The notes beneath the pieces were generated by a model. It made no database searches, was not told the DNA's origin, and saw nothing but the letters and a program-made list of their open reading frames with translations. A DNA stretch of 64,000 bases from a plasmid. The DNA lies in sequence record NZ_LR134454.1. One strand, written 5' to 3'. Shown here piece by piece: positions 17,315 through 28,239 of the stretch. Position numbers and translations under genes: made by a program. Every line of letters starts with the position of its first letter. The first letter of the stretch is position 1.

Positions 17315-18511
17315 TCAGAGGCCGAGGGCGGCGTCGACGAGGTGGACGAGCTCGTCGTGGAAGCGCGGGCGGCCGCGGAGGCGGCGGGTGCGGGCGAAGT
17401 CGTTGGCGATGGTCATCGCGGCGCCGACGGCGATGCGGGCGCCGGCGGCGTCGAGGGCACCGTCGGACCCGGCGGAGAGCAGGGCCACCCAGCGCGCCAC
17501 GTAGGCCTTCTGCGCGGCGAGCAGCGCCTCGCCGCCGGATTCGATGACCACCTCGCGGCCGACCGTGAAGGCGACGGCGAGGTCGGTCGACGTGACCAGG
17601 TTGGCGGCGTAGGAGCGCACCAGCGCGCGCAACTCGGCGAGGGGGTCGCCGTCGGACACCCCGGCCGCGCCGACGACGCCGATCTCCAGCGCCGCGCGCG
17701 CCCGGGCGACGATGCCCACCAGGATCGACCCCTTCGACGGGAAGTGCCCGTACACGCTGGGGCCCGAGATGCCCACGGCCGCACCGATGTCGTCCATGCT
17801 GACGGTGCTGTAGCCGCGCGAGAAGAAGAGCTCCGAGGCGGCGTCGAGGATCTCGTCGCTGCGCACGACGGGCGCCCGACGGGGCGGGGGTGCGGGCAGC
17901 TCCGGCGCGGTCGACGGTGCCGCGCGCAGCACCCGCCGGGCGATCACCTCGAGGTCGGCGCGGTAGCGGCGGATGCCGATGCGGCCGCGGCTGGGCGGCA
18001 CCGAGCCGCCGACGGCGAGCACCGCCCACGTGAGGACGCGGGCGTCGTCGTCGGTGAGCTCGGGGTGATCGCGGCGCAGCACCTCGGTCCACGAGCCGAG
18101 GACCCCCTCGCTGGCGGCGATCATCTCGCGCGCCTGCTCGGCCGTCAGGTGCCGGCGGTTCCACCGCCACAGGGCCAGCGGGCCGGGGCGGGAGACGGCC
18201 ATCGCGAAGACGGCGGACGAGAGGTCCTCGAAGGTGGCGCCGGGGCGGGCGAGCACCCGCGCGGTCGTCTCGGCCATCTCGTCGACAGCGGAGCGCATGG
18301 CAGCGGCGAGGATGGCCTCCTTGTCCGGGAAGTGCCGGTACACGCTGGGGCCACTGATACCGGCGGCGCGCGCGATGTCGGCGACGGAGACCTTGCCGTA
18401 GCCCTGCTCCAGGAACAGCTCGGTGGCGGCGTCGACCAGTTGTCGGCGCCGCTCGGCGGGGCGCAGGCGTGTGCCCGCGGTACGTGGTGCTGTTGCCATG
18501 ATTAACGTCAC
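17315..18511 (-). CDS. TetR-family transcriptional regulator with tandem duplicated TetR modules
   Basis: Two HTH segments ([26 protein letters not shown] and [26 protein letters not shown]), each followed by a ligand-binding helical bundle. Divergent from the fadA/fadB operon. Confidence 0.8.
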   Translation of the reverse strand: MTLIMATAPRTAGTRLRPAERRRQLVDAATELFLEQGYGKVSVADIARAAGISGPSVYRHFPDKEAILAAAMRSAVDEMAETTARVLARPGATFEDLSSAVFAMAVSRPGPLALWRWNRRHLTAEQAREMIAASEGVLGSWTEVLRRDHPELTDDDARVLTWAVLAVGGSVPPSRGRIGIRRYRADLEVIARRVLRAAPSTAPELPAPPPRRAPVVRSDEILDAASELFFSRGYSTVSMDDIGAAVGISGPSVYGHFPSKGSILVGIVARARAALEIGVVGAAGVSDGDPLAELRALVRSYAANLVTSTDLAVAFTVGREVVIESGGEALLAAQKAYVARWVALLSAGSDGALDAAGARIAVGAAMTIANDFARTRRLRGRPRFHDELVHLVDAALGL

Positions 18512-18656
18512 AATAGCCCATCACGGGCGTTTTGAACCAGGATCTACCTGGCGGTCTTTCCAAATAAGCTACACGCGGTTAGCCTGTAGAGGTGACGGGC
18601 TCCGTGGTATCCGCGGGGACCGGGAACACCTTCTTCGAAAGGACGGGAAGACCGAA

Positions 18657-19868
18657 GTGTCTGACGCATTCATCTACGAGGCGATCCGCACGCCCCGTGG
18701 CAAGCTCAAGGGCGGCTCGCTGACCGCCATCAAGCCCACCGACCTCGTGGTCGGTCTGATCGACGAGATCAAGGACCGCAACCCGGAGCTCGATCCCGCG
18801 TCCGTCGACGACATCGTGCTCGGCGTCGTCTCGCCCGTGGGCGAGCAGGGCGCCGACATCGCCCGCACCGCTTCGATCGTGGCCGGCCTGCCGGACACCG
18901 TCGCGGGCGTGCAGATCAACCGCTTCTGCGCCTCGGGCCTCGAGGCCACCAACATCGCCGCGCAGAAGGTCGGCTCGGCCCTGGGCGACGACCTGGTCCT
19001 CGCCGGTGGCGTGGAGTCGATGTCCCGCGTGCCGATGGGCTCCGACTTCGGCGCCCTGTTCTACGACCCGCAGTACAGCTACGACAACTACATCGCGCCC
19101 CAGGGCATCGGTGCCGACCTGATCGCGACGATCGAGGGCTTCTCCCGCGACGACGTCGACCAGTACTCCGCCGAGTCGCAGGACCTCGCCGCGAAGGCGT
19201 GGGACGAGGGCCGCTTCGCGAAGTCCGTCGTGCCCGTCAAGGACCAGAACGGCCTCGTCGTGCTCGACAACGACGAGCACCGTCGCCCCGGCACCACCGC
19301 CGCGGACCTCGGCAAGCTGCGTCCCGCGTTCACCGTGGTCGGCGAGATGGGCGGCTTCGACGCCGTCGCGCTGCAGCGCTACAACACCGTCGAGAAGATC
19401 GACCACGTCCACACCGGTGGCAACAGCTCGGGCATCGTCGACGGTGCCGCGCTGGTCCTGGTGGGCAACGAGGCCGGCGGCAAGAAGGCCGGCCTGACCC
19501 CGCGCGGCCGCATCGTCGCCACCGCGTCGACCGGCGCCGACCCGACGATCATGCTGACCGGCCCCACGCCGGCCACCGAGAAGGTGCTCGCCAAGGCCGG
19601 CCTGACCAAGGACGACATCGACGTCTGGGAGCTCAACGAGGCCTTCGCCTCCGTGGTCCTCAAGTGGATGAAGGACTTCAAGCTCGATCGCGAGCAGGTC
19701 AACGTCAACGGCGGCGCCATCGCGCTGGGCCACCCCCTCGGCGCCACCGGCGCCATGCTGGTGGGCACCGTGCTCGACGAGCTGGAGCGCACGGGCGGCC
19801 GCTACGGCCTCATCACGCTGTGCATCGCCGGCGGCATGGGCTCGGCCACCATCATCGAGCGCGTCTGA
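18657..19868 (+). CDS. fadA: Acetyl-CoA C-acyltransferase (3-ketoacyl-CoA thiolase)
   Basis: Start at the GTG giving [16 protein letters not shown], the classic thiolase N-terminus. [10 protein letters not shown] active-site Cys region. C-terminal [15 protein letters not shown] motif. Confidence 0.9.
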   Translation: MSDAFIYEAIRTPRGKLKGGSLTAIKPTDLVVGLIDEIKDRNPELDPASVDDIVLGVVSPVGEQGADIARTASIVAGLPDTVAGVQINRFCASGLEATNIAAQKVGSALGDDLVLAGGVESMSRVPMGSDFGALFYDPQYSYDNYIAPQGIGADLIATIEGFSRDDVDQYSAESQDLAAKAWDEGRFAKSVVPVKDQNGLVVLDNDEHRRPGTTAADLGKLRPAFTVVGEMGGFDAVALQRYNTVEKIDHVHTGGNSSGIVDGAALVLVGNEAGGKKAGLTPRGRIVATASTGADPTIMLTGPTPATEKVLAKAGLTKDDIDVWELNEAFASVVLKWMKDFKLDREQVNVNGGAIALGHPLGATGAMLVGTVLDELERTGGRYGLITLCIAGGMGSATIIERV

Positions 19869-19898
19869 CCCGCCGGAACAACAGGAGACTGAAGAAAC

Positions 19899-22091
19899 AT
19901 GTCTGACAACATGATCCGCTGGGAGCAGGACGCCGACGGCATCGTCACGCTGACGATGGACGACCCGACCAGCTCCGCGAACACCATGAACGAGCTGTAC
20001 GGCACGTCCATGCGCGCCACCGTCGACCGCCTCGAGGCCGAGGTCGAGTCCATCACCGGTGTCGTCATCACCTCCGCGAAGAAGACCTTCTTCGCCGGCG
20101 GCAACCTGACCGAGATCCGCAAGGCCACCAAGGCCGACGCGCAGCAGGTCTTCGACAACGTCCAGGAGATCAAGCGCGACCTGCGCCGCCTGGAGAAGCT
20201 GCCCAAGCCCGTCGTGGCCGCCATCAACGGCGCCGCGCTCGGCGGCGGCCTCGAGATCGCCCTCGCCGCGAACCACCGCATCGCCGCGGACGCCAAGGGC
20301 AGCAAGATCGGCCTCCCCGAGGTCAGCCTCGGCCTGCTCCCCGGCGGAGGCGGCGTCACCCGCACCGTCCGGATGCTCGGCCTGCAGGGCGCGCTCATGG
20401 GCGTGCTGCTCCAGGGCACCCAGATGAACCCGATCAAGGCGCAGCAGACCGGCCTGGTCAACGAGGTCGTCGGCACCGTCGACGAGCTGCTCCCCGCCGC
20501 GAAGGCGTGGATCAAGGCCAACCCCGAGGGCGGCGTGCAGCCCTGGGACGTCAAGGGGCACCGCATCCCCGGCGGCTCGCCGATCGACAAGACGCTGGCC
20601 CCCAACGCCCCCGCCTTCCCGGCCAACCTGCGCAAGCAGCTCAAGGGCGCGCCGATGCCGGCGCCGGAGGCCATCATGGCCGCCGCGTTCGAGGGCACCT
20701 ACGTCGACTTCGACACCGCCCTCGAGATCGAGTCGCGCTACTTCACCAAGCTGGCCACCGGCCAGGTCTCGAAGAACATGATCAAGGCGTTCTTCTTCGA
20801 CCTGCAGCACATCAACGGCGGCGGCAGCCGGCCCGAGGGCTACGACAAGTACACGGCCAAGAAGGTCGGCGTCATCGGCGCCGGCATGATGGGCGCGGCG
20901 ATCGCGTACGTCTCGGCCAAGGCCGGCATCGAGGTCGTCCTCAAGGACATCGACCTCGACGCCGCCAAGCGGGGCAAGGCGTACTCCGAGCAGCTCGAGG
21001 CGAAGGCGCTGGCCAAGGGCCGCACCACGCAGGAGAAGTCCGACGCGCTGCTCGCCCGGATCACCCCCACGATCGACCCGCAGGACTTCGCGGGCGTCGA
21101 CCTGGTGATCGAGGCCGCGTTCGAGTCCGTCGAGGTCAAGAACAAGGTCTTCCAGGAGATCGAGGACATCGTCGAGCCCGACGCCATCCTGGGCTCGAAC
21201 ACCTCGACGCTGCCGATCACCATCCTCGCGGAGGGTGTGAAGCGCCAGGAGGACTTCATCGGCATCCACTTCTTCTCGCCGGTCGACAAGATGCCGCTGG
21301 TGGAGATCATCCGTGGCGCCAAGACCTCGGATGCGGTGCTGGCCAAGGTCATCGACTACACGCTGCAGATCAAGAAGACCCCGATCGTCGTCCACGACAG
21401 CCGCGGCTTCTTCACCTCGCGGGTCATCGGCACGTTCATCAACGAGGCCCTCGCGGCCATCGGTGAGGGCGTCGACCCGGTGTACCTGGAGCAGGCGGGC
21501 CAGCAGGCCGGCTACCCGGCGGCGCCGCTGCAGCTGGCGGACGAGCTGACGCTCACCCTGATGCAGAAGATCCGCCTCGCCACCGAGACCGCGCTCAAGG
21601 CCGAGGGCAAGGACGTGCCGCAGCACGGCGCCTTCGCCGTGGTCGACTGGATGGTCGAGAACGGCCGCCCGTCCAAGAAGGACGGCGCGGGCTTCTACGA
21701 CTACGCCGAGGGCAAGCGCACCGGCCTCTCGAAGGGCTTCCAGGAGCACTTCAAGTCGGGTTCGACGAAGCCGGACTTCGCCGAGCTGCAGGAGCGCATG
21801 CTCTTCATCGAGTCGATCGAGACCGTGCGCTGCTTCGACGAGGGCGTCATGGACTCCGTCGCCGACGCCAACATCGGCTCGATCTTCGGCATCGGCTTCC
21901 CCGCCTGGACCGGTGGCGTGCTGCAGTACATCAACGGCTACGAGGGCCGCCCGGGCACGCCGGCCGAGGGCATCACCGGCCCGAAGGCCTTCGTCGCGCA
22001 GGCGAACGCCCTGGCCGCGAAGTACGGCGAGCAGTTCACCCCGCCCGCCTCGCTGGTCGCCAAGGCCGAGGCCGGCGAGACCTACGAGTAG
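19899..22091 (+). CDS. fadB: Fatty-acid oxidation multifunctional enzyme: enoyl-CoA hydratase / 3-hydroxyacyl-CoA dehydrogenase
   Basis: 730 aa. N-terminal crotonase fold (AAINGAALGGGLEIALA). Central NAD-binding GVIGAGMMGAAIA and 3HCDH domains. Confidence 0.9.
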   Translation: MSDNMIRWEQDADGIVTLTMDDPTSSANTMNELYGTSMRATVDRLEAEVESITGVVITSAKKTFFAGGNLTEIRKATKADAQQVFDNVQEIKRDLRRLEKLPKPVVAAINGAALGGGLEIALAANHRIAADAKGSKIGLPEVSLGLLPGGGGVTRTVRMLGLQGALMGVLLQGTQMNPIKAQQTGLVNEVVGTVDELLPAAKAWIKANPEGGVQPWDVKGHRIPGGSPIDKTLAPNAPAFPANLRKQLKGAPMPAPEAIMAAAFEGTYVDFDTALEIESRYFTKLATGQVSKNMIKAFFFDLQHINGGGSRPEGYDKYTAKKVGVIGAGMMGAAIAYVSAKAGIEVVLKDIDLDAAKRGKAYSEQLEAKALAKGRTTQEKSDALLARITPTIDPQDFAGVDLVIEAAFESVEVKNKVFQEIEDIVEPDAILGSNTSTLPITILAEGVKRQEDFIGIHFFSPVDKMPLVEIIRGAKTSDAVLAKVIDYTLQIKKTPIVVHDSRGFFTSRVIGTFINEALAAIGEGVDPVYLEQAGQQAGYPAAPLQLADELTLTLMQKIRLATETALKAEGKDVPQHGAFAVVDWMVENGRPSKKDGAGFYDYAEGKRTGLSKGFQEHFKSGSTKPDFAELQERMLFIESIETVRCFDEGVMDSVADANIGSIFGIGFPAWTGGVLQYINGYEGRPGTPAEGITGPKAFVAQANALAAKYGEQFTPPASLVAKAEAGETYE

Positions 22092-22118
22092 GACTCACCG
22101 CCACCCGGCGTGAACACC

Positions 22119-22159
22119 GAAAGGGCCGGCACCGTCGAGAAGACGGTGCCGGCCCTTTC
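22119..22159. terminator. Perfect 18-bp stem / 5-nt loop hairpin between convergent fadB and the DUF308 gene (bidirectional terminator candidate)
   Basis: gaaagggccggcaccgtc-gagaa-gacggtgccggccctttc. No U-tract, which is common for high-GC actinobacteria. Confidence 0.5.
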
Positions 22160-22198
22160 GTCTGCCGGGAGCGAGGCCGGCTGCTCCGCGGGTCCGGA

Positions 22199-22846
22199 CT
22201 AGACCTGCGGGCGGATGCGGTTGATGGTGGAGCGGATCTGGATGCCGTGGAAGATCTCGACCAGGCCGAGCACGATCAGCACGATGCCGGTGGCCAGCAC
22301 CAGCGACGGGATCGAGTCGTACGGGTAGATGACCACGAAGGCGCCGGCGGCGATGGAGATGATCGACAGGATGATGCCCCACACCTTGCCGGGGGCGCCC
22401 TTCGGGAAGTCGGTGTACAGCGACAGGCCCGCGATGCCGCGGAAGATCCAGCCCACACCGATCCAGATGGCGAGCATCACCAGCGACTCGACCACGTTAC
22501 GGAAGGCGACGACGGCCAGCACGATCGAGACCGCACCGGTCAGGAAGGTCAGAAGGCGCCACCAGAAGCTCTGCGAGGAGAGCACGCCGAAGGTCGCGAC
22601 GATCTGCAGCACACCGGTGATGAGCAGGTAGAGCGCGAACAGGATCGCCACGACGTGCAGCGTCGGCTGCGGCCAGGCGAGCAGAACGATGCCGAGGATC
22701 GCGGCCACGGCGCCGACGCCGATCGCCGTCTGCCAGGAGCGCTTGGCGACGTCGGCGGCGAAACCGCGCACCTCGTCGAAGATCGACTGCCCGGGCCCGA
22801 GCGGGCCGCCCTGGGCATTGGGGTTGTTCGTGGGACTGGTGGACAT
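22199..22846 (-). CDS. HdeD-family (DUF308) acid-resistance membrane protein
   Basis: 215 aa, six TM segments, repeated small-residue helices typical of HdeD/DUF308. Confidence 0.65.
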   Translation of the reverse strand: MSTSPTNNPNAQGGPLGPGQSIFDEVRGFAADVAKRSWQTAIGVGAVAAILGIVLLAWPQPTLHVVAILFALYLLITGVLQIVATFGVLSSQSFWWRLLTFLTGAVSIVLAVVAFRNVVESLVMLAIWIGVGWIFRGIAGLSLYTDFPKGAPGKVWGIILSIISIAAGAFVVIYPYDSIPSLVLATGIVLIVLGLVEIFHGIQIRSTINRIRPQV

Positions 22847-23103
22847 GATCTCCCTCTTCTCGTGAGACGTTCCCGGCGATGAATCGAGGTGAACCCGTGT
22901 TCGTCTCTACGCCGACGACAGACAATCACACCAGACGAGGTTTTGCGATATGAACAGCGGGTGGGAATCGTCGCAATTCGAACCCGGAACCACCCCGTGC
23001 GGGCCACCCGGCGGGGGGGGGCGCAGATGCGCGCGAGCGCATTCCCCTGGCGGCGCTCACGGCGAGCCGACCACGGACCTCCCGTCCCCGGCGGACCGTC
23101 GGG

Positions 23104-23892
23104 CTACTCGGGCCCGGCCTCGATGACCTGCTCGGCGACCTCGGCGAGGCGGACGTTGCTGTCCTGCGAGAGGCGGGCGAGGAGGCGGAAGGCGGCGTCG
23201 GAGTCGAGCTTGTACCGCTCCATGATCATGCCCTTGGCCTGGCCGATCACGTCGCGCGTGGTCAGGGCGGCGCGGATCTGCTCCTTCTCCCGCACCGCGG
23301 AGAAGGCGACCGCAGCGTGCACGGCGTAGAGCGACCCGATCGAGATGGACTCGGCGTCGAAGGCGTGCGCCTCGCGCGCCATGAGGTCGAGCGTGCCGTA
23401 GGCGTCGTTCTGCACGTACAGGCAGAACGAGAGGATCGATCCGACGCCGGCGGACTTCGCGGCCGCGGCGAAGCGCGGCCAGCGGTCGTCGGTGGCGGTG
23501 TCCTCGAGCAGCAGGATCGTCGTCGACTCGAAGGTCGCGCCCACGCTGGGGCCCTCCTCCAGGTCGCGCTGCACATCGGCGACGCGCTGCGCCTCCTCGC
23601 CGATCACCACGGGGTGCGAGATGCCGCCCTTGGGATCGACGAGCGTCACGCAGGCGAAGTCCGCGCCCGGCACCTGGTCGACCGCGAACTGCGTGGCGGC
23701 CGTCAGCAGCGATTCCGAGTCCCCGGACTGCTCCCGCAGCAGCCTCGCGATCTCGCCCATCCGCTCGCTCAGGGTCAGTTCCTCGAGCGGGACCTCGGGT
23801 GATTCGTGGACGACGCCGAGGACGGAGGGGAGTTGTTCACCGGACTGTTTGCGTGAGTGCACGGCCACCCGTTCTCCGTGCCGTTTCGACAC
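23104..23892 (-). CDS. GAF-ANTAR RNA-binding antitermination regulator
   Basis: C-terminal ANTAR signature RDVIGQAKGMIMERYKLDSDAAFRLLARLSQDSNVRLAEVAEQV. N-terminal GAF-like sensor domain. Paralog of the gene at 35471-36172. Confidence 0.7.
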   Translation of the reverse strand: MSKRHGERVAVHSRKQSGEQLPSVLGVVHESPEVPLEELTLSERMGEIARLLREQSGDSESLLTAATQFAVDQVPGADFACVTLVDPKGGISHPVVIGEEAQRVADVQRDLEEGPSVGATFESTTILLLEDTATDDRWPRFAAAAKSAGVGSILSFCLYVQNDAYGTLDLMAREAHAFDAESISIGSLYAVHAAVAFSAVREKEQIRAALTTRDVIGQAKGMIMERYKLDSDAAFRLLARLSQDSNVRLAEVAEQVIEAGPE

Positions 23893-23958
23893 GGGGTCAC
23901 ATCATGGGTATCCGCCGGTTGCTGGACGGGTCGTTCGAAAGTCGTTACTGATCGGTTC

Positions 23959-25983
23959 TCACCATATCGAGACGCGGCGGTCGCGGTCCAAAAACAGGCG
24001 ATCCCCGGCATCGACGCCGAACGCGGTGTAGAACTCGTCGAGGTTCGAGACGATGGCATTGCAACGGAATTCGGCGGGCGAGTGCGGGTCGATCGCGAGC
24101 CGCCGGATCGCCTCCTCGGGCCGCGACTTGCCGCGCCACACCACGCCCCAGCTGAAGAACAGCCGCTGCAGGCCGGTCAGGTCGTCGATCCGCGTGGCAT
24201 CGTCGTCGACGGTGCCGCCGGCGCGCTCCCGCGCGATCGCGTACGCGACCAGCGCGATGCCGAGGCCCCCGAGGTCGCCGATGTTCTCGCCCACGGTGAA
24301 GCCGCCGTTGACGTGGTGCTCGGAACCGCCCGGCTCGCCCGCCAGCTCCCGCGGCACGAGCGCGTCGTACTGCTCGATGAGCGCCGTGGTGCGCTTGCCG
24401 AACTCCTCGCGGTCGGCGTCGGTCCACCAGTCCTCGAGGTTGCCGTCACCGTCGTACTTCGCGCCCTGATCGTCGAAGCCGTGGCCGATCTCGTGCCCGA
24501 TCACGGCACCGATGCCGCCGTAGTTCACGGCGTCGTCGGCGGTGGGGGAGAAGAACGGCGGCTGCAGGATCGCGGCCGGGAAGACGATCTCGTTCATGCC
24601 GGGGTTGTAGTACGCGTTGACGGTCTGCGGCGTCATGAACCACTCGTCGCGGTCCACGGGAGCGCCGATCTTCGCGAACTCGCGGTCGTGCTCGAAGGCC
24701 TCGCCGCGGCGCAGGTTGCCCACCAGGTCGTCGCGGCGGACCTCCAGCGCCGAGTAGTCGCGGGAGACGTCCGGGTAACCGATCTTCGGGGTGAACTTGC
24801 CCAGCTTCTCCAGCGCGCGCTCGCGCGTGGCCGGCGTCATCCACGGCAGGTCCGTGATCCGGCGGCGGTAGGCCTCCACCAGGTCGGCGACGAGGGCCTG
24901 CATGCGCTCCTTGGAGTCCGCGGGGAAGTGCCGCGCGGTGTACAGCTCGCCCACGGCGAAGCCCAGGTACTGCTCGACCAGCGTGACGCCGCGCTTCCAC
25001 CGGTCCCGGATCTCCGGCGTGCCGGTCAGCACCGTGCCGTAGAACGCGAAGTGCTCGTCGACGAGGGCGTCGGTGAGGAAGGGGCTGCGCGCGTGCAGGA
25101 CCCGCCATGCGAGCCACGTGCGCCACTGCGCCAGCGGCCGGTCGACCAGGAGGTTCGCGGCGTGCGTCGCGAAGGACGGCTGGCGCACGTTCACCTCGGC
25201 GAACGCCGTGCTCTCCTCCGCGCCGGTGACGGCCGCGACCCAGGCGGCGGGCGCGACGCCCGGTGCCTCGGCCGAGAGCTCCGCGAAGGTGCGCAGGTTG
25301 TAGCCCTTGTCGGCGTCGCGGCGGGCGACGACGTCCCAGTGCCCGGCGGCGATCGCGGTCTCCAATTCGAGGACCTGCGCGGCGGCGGCGTCCTCCTCTC
25401 CCGGGGCGACGAGGCCCTCCAGCACCTCGGCGGCCAGCCGGAACGTGGCTGCGACGTGCGCCGTGAACTTCTCCCGCACCGGCGCGTACTGGTCCTCGCG
25501 GTAGTAGGCCTCGTCGGGGAGCGAGATGCCGCTCTGCACGACGTTCACCAGGTAGCGGTCGGAGCGCTTGGCGTCGGTGTCCACGTAGTAGCCGAGCAGC
25601 CCGCTGACGCCGCTGCGCTGCAGGCGCCCGAGGACGGTCACCAGGTCCGACGGGGTCTGCGCCCACCGGACCTCCGTCAGCTCGTCGGCCAGGGGCGCGA
25701 GCCCGGCCGCGGCGATGCCGTCGGTGTCCATGAAGCTCGCGTACAGCGCGCCGATCCGCGCCGTGTCGCCGGTCGCGTCGGCGTCGGCGGCGCACTCCTC
25801 GACGATCGTGCGCACCGTCTCCTCCGCCGCGTCGCGGAGCGCGTAGAAGGCGCCGTCGGTGGAACGGTCGGCGGGGATCTCGTGCGTGTCCAGCCAGGCG
25901 CCGTTGACGTGCCCGAACAGGTCGTCCTGCACGCGGATGCCGGCGTCGACGTGGCTGAGGTCCAGAGCGGGAGAAGTCGTCAC
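23959..25983 (-). CDS. M13-family zinc metallopeptidase (neprilysin/PepO-like)
   Basis: HEIGHGFDD zinc motif, ENIGDLGG and NAYY motifs characteristic of M13. Start set at the GTG giving VTTSPALDLSHV...; the ORF track extends to 26064. Confidence 0.85.
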   Translation of the reverse strand: MTTSPALDLSHVDAGIRVQDDLFGHVNGAWLDTHEIPADRSTDGAFYALRDAAEETVRTIVEECAADADATGDTARIGALYASFMDTDGIAAAGLAPLADELTEVRWAQTPSDLVTVLGRLQRSGVSGLLGYYVDTDAKRSDRYLVNVVQSGISLPDEAYYREDQYAPVREKFTAHVAATFRLAAEVLEGLVAPGEEDAAAAQVLELETAIAAGHWDVVARRDADKGYNLRTFAELSAEAPGVAPAAWVAAVTGAEESTAFAEVNVRQPSFATHAANLLVDRPLAQWRTWLAWRVLHARSPFLTDALVDEHFAFYGTVLTGTPEIRDRWKRGVTLVEQYLGFAVGELYTARHFPADSKERMQALVADLVEAYRRRITDLPWMTPATRERALEKLGKFTPKIGYPDVSRDYSALEVRRDDLVGNLRRGEAFEHDREFAKIGAPVDRDEWFMTPQTVNAYYNPGMNEIVFPAAILQPPFFSPTADDAVNYGGIGAVIGHEIGHGFDDQGAKYDGDGNLEDWWTDADREEFGKRTTALIEQYDALVPRELAGEPGGSEHHVNGGFTVGENIGDLGGLGIALVAYAIARERAGGTVDDDATRIDDLTGLQRLFFSWGVVWRGKSRPEEAIRRLAIDPHSPAEFRCNAIVSNLDEFYTAFGVDAGDRLFLDRDRRVSIW

Positions 25984-26141
25984 CCGTCCATCCTGCCAGC
26001 CGATGCCGACGATCTCACATAGTGGGAGAACTGACTCGTCAGTATTCCCTATGGCGTAGCACACGGTTAGCGTGCGGTGTGTCCCATACCGCTATCCGGG
26101 TTACTCTGACGGGACGCTGAGAAGTTAAAGGGGATTCTTCG

Positions 26142-28211
26142 ATGACGCTGACCCGCCCGCGACTGCGGCTGGCGCTGGCCGCGCTGCTCACGGCGCTCGT
26201 GCTGATCGGAACGTCGATCACCGTGCCCGGACTCGTCGGACGATCGAACGCCGAACCGTGGAAGCCGGGGCCGGGCGTCGCGGGCATGATCAACCCCGAG
26301 TGGATCGCCTCGCACGACGGCCCGACGCAGTACCCGAAGATGGCCACGGAGTGGGACGTGCCGATCCGCATGTCGGACGGCACCGTGCTGCGGGCCAACA
26401 TCTTCCGGCCGGCGGACGCCTCCGGCCGGGCGATCACCACGAAGACCCCGACGATCGTCAACGTCACGCCCTACACGAAGTTCGTCAGCACCATCGCCAC
26501 CGTGATGACCAACGTGCCCGTGCTGTTCCCGGCGCTGGTCGGCGTCCTCAACATGTTCAACTTCTCCGGCACCCCGATCGGCGGCGTCGACGACCTGCGC
26601 AACGTGCTCAACGGCGGTCTGATCAACACCTTCACCGTCGACCAGAAGCTGGTGCAGAACGGGTACACGCAGGTCGTGGTCGACGTGCGGGGTACCGGCA
26701 ACTCGCAGGGCGTGTGGGACGTCTTCGGTCAGCGCGAGCAGAAGGACACCGTCGAGGTGCTCGATTGGGTCCGCAAGCAGAACTGGACCAACGGCCGCCT
26801 CGGGATGTCCGGGGTCTCCTACTCGGCGATCAACCAGCTCCAGGTCGCGTCGAAGAACCCCGAAGGTCTGCAGGCGCTGTTCCCGGTCGTGCCGGGCGCC
26901 GACATCGCGGCCGACATCGTCGCCCCGGGCGGCGGCCTCGGGGTCGGCTTCATCGGCCCGTGGCTCGCCATCGTCAACGTCCTCAAGTTCATCCCGGACC
27001 TGCGCTCGCTGCTCAACGGCACCTTCGACTGGAAGTGGCTGCAGGATCGACTGCAGAACCCGGCGGTCTTCTTCCCCGAGCTGCTCTCAGGGGTCTTCTC
27101 GCCCACGGTCGAAGGGCTCACCCCCACCACCAAGCAACTCATCGACAAGAATTCGCCGTTGCGCGCCGCGTACCGCACGCCGCTGGACAAGATCACTGCG
27201 CCGACGTTCGCGCTCGGCGCCTGGAACGACCTGTTCACCAACACCGAATGGCGTCTCCCGAAGGACCTGAGCTCCCTGCCCACCAGCAAGAAGAAGCTCA
27301 TCATGGGCGATGCCGCGCACGCCACCGTCACCAGCGACATGGGCGGCGTGAACCAGCCGACGCGCGCCGACGTGCTGCAGAAGGCCTGGTTCGACAAGTG
27401 GCTCAAGGACGCCGACAACGGCATCGACAACTACTCTCCGGTCACCGTGCACCGGATGGGCGGCGGCTGGTGGCAGGGCGACACCTTCCCCGAGCCGGGG
27501 CAGAAGTACCAGCGCATGTACCTCTCCAGTCTGCCGTCCGGAACGGCGCCGACCGCGCTCTCGGACAACAGCCTCCAGACCGCCCCGCCGAAGATCGCGG
27601 CCCGCCGCACCGTCGGTCCCGGACTGTCGACGCTGTGCTCCAACGACACAGGGCAGGCGATGTTCGGGCTGCTCGTCTTCACCGGCTGCACCAAGGACAC
27701 ACGGGTCGCGGAGATGAACGCCCTCACCTTCACCTCGAAACCGGTCGGGAAGTCCACGGTGATCTCCGGCCCGATCAACCTGCGGCTCAACACCACCCAG
27801 GACGCGCGAGACGCCTACTGGAGCGTGATCGTCACCGACGTCGGCCCCGACGGCCGGTCCGAGAAGATCAGTGCGGGCCAGCTCACCACGTCGTTGCGGC
27901 AGATCGACGAGTCGCGCAGCATCCGGACGGCGAGCGGCGACTACGCCGCCCCGTACTACCAGCTCAACCTCGACGACCGGGAGCTGGTCAAGCCCGGCCA
28001 GGTGGTGCAGCTCGACATCGCCACCCACGCCGTGAGCGCCGTGCTCAAGCCCGGGCACCGGCTGCGGGTCGACGTCTTCGCACTGAACCTCATCAAGGCG
28101 ATGACCGTCGGGCCCGTGACCGCGGAGACGCAGCTCCGGCCGCAGCACGTGGTGATCGACCCGCAGCAGCCGAGCTACCTGGTCGTGCCCTCGGACCGCC
28201 CGCTGCCGTAG
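26142..28211 (+). CDS. Secreted CocE/NonD-family (S15, X-Pro dipeptidyl-peptidase-like) alpha/beta hydrolase
   Basis: Signal peptide MTLTRPRLRLALAALLTALVLIGTS. VVDVRGTGNSQG and GMSGVSYSAINQ (nucleophile-elbow GxSxS-like) match the CocE/NonD family. C-terminal beta-sandwich domain. Confidence 0.75.
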   Translation: MTLTRPRLRLALAALLTALVLIGTSITVPGLVGRSNAEPWKPGPGVAGMINPEWIASHDGPTQYPKMATEWDVPIRMSDGTVLRANIFRPADASGRAITTKTPTIVNVTPYTKFVSTIATVMTNVPVLFPALVGVLNMFNFSGTPIGGVDDLRNVLNGGLINTFTVDQKLVQNGYTQVVVDVRGTGNSQGVWDVFGQREQKDTVEVLDWVRKQNWTNGRLGMSGVSYSAINQLQVASKNPEGLQALFPVVPGADIAADIVAPGGGLGVGFIGPWLAIVNVLKFIPDLRSLLNGTFDWKWLQDRLQNPAVFFPELLSGVFSPTVEGLTPTTKQLIDKNSPLRAAYRTPLDKITAPTFALGAWNDLFTNTEWRLPKDLSSLPTSKKKLIMGDAAHATVTSDMGGVNQPTRADVLQKAWFDKWLKDADNGIDNYSPVTVHRMGGGWWQGDTFPEPGQKYQRMYLSSLPSGTAPTALSDNSLQTAPPKIAARRTVGPGLSTLCSNDTGQAMFGLLVFTGCTKDTRVAEMNALTFTSKPVGKSTVISGPINLRLNTTQDARDAYWSVIVTDVGPDGRSEKISAGQLTTSLRQIDESRSIRTASGDYAAPYYQLNLDDRELVKPGQVVQLDIATHAVSAVLKPGHRLRVDVFALNLIKAMTVGPVTAETQLRPQHVVIDPQQPSYLVVPSDRPLP

Positions 28212-28239
28212 CGCCGGCCAGCCGGCCCGGCGGGGCCGG

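Noticed and set aside
18579-21749. 1056-aa antisense ORF across fadA/fadB
   Set aside because: Antisense to two well-supported metabolic genes; Gly/Asp/Leu/Arg-rich low-complexity translation.
22847-23103. Possible tRNA in the 257-bp intergenic region (ttcgaaccc T-loop-like string)
   Set aside because: No complementary T-stem or acceptor stem could be built around the TTCGAA string on either strand.
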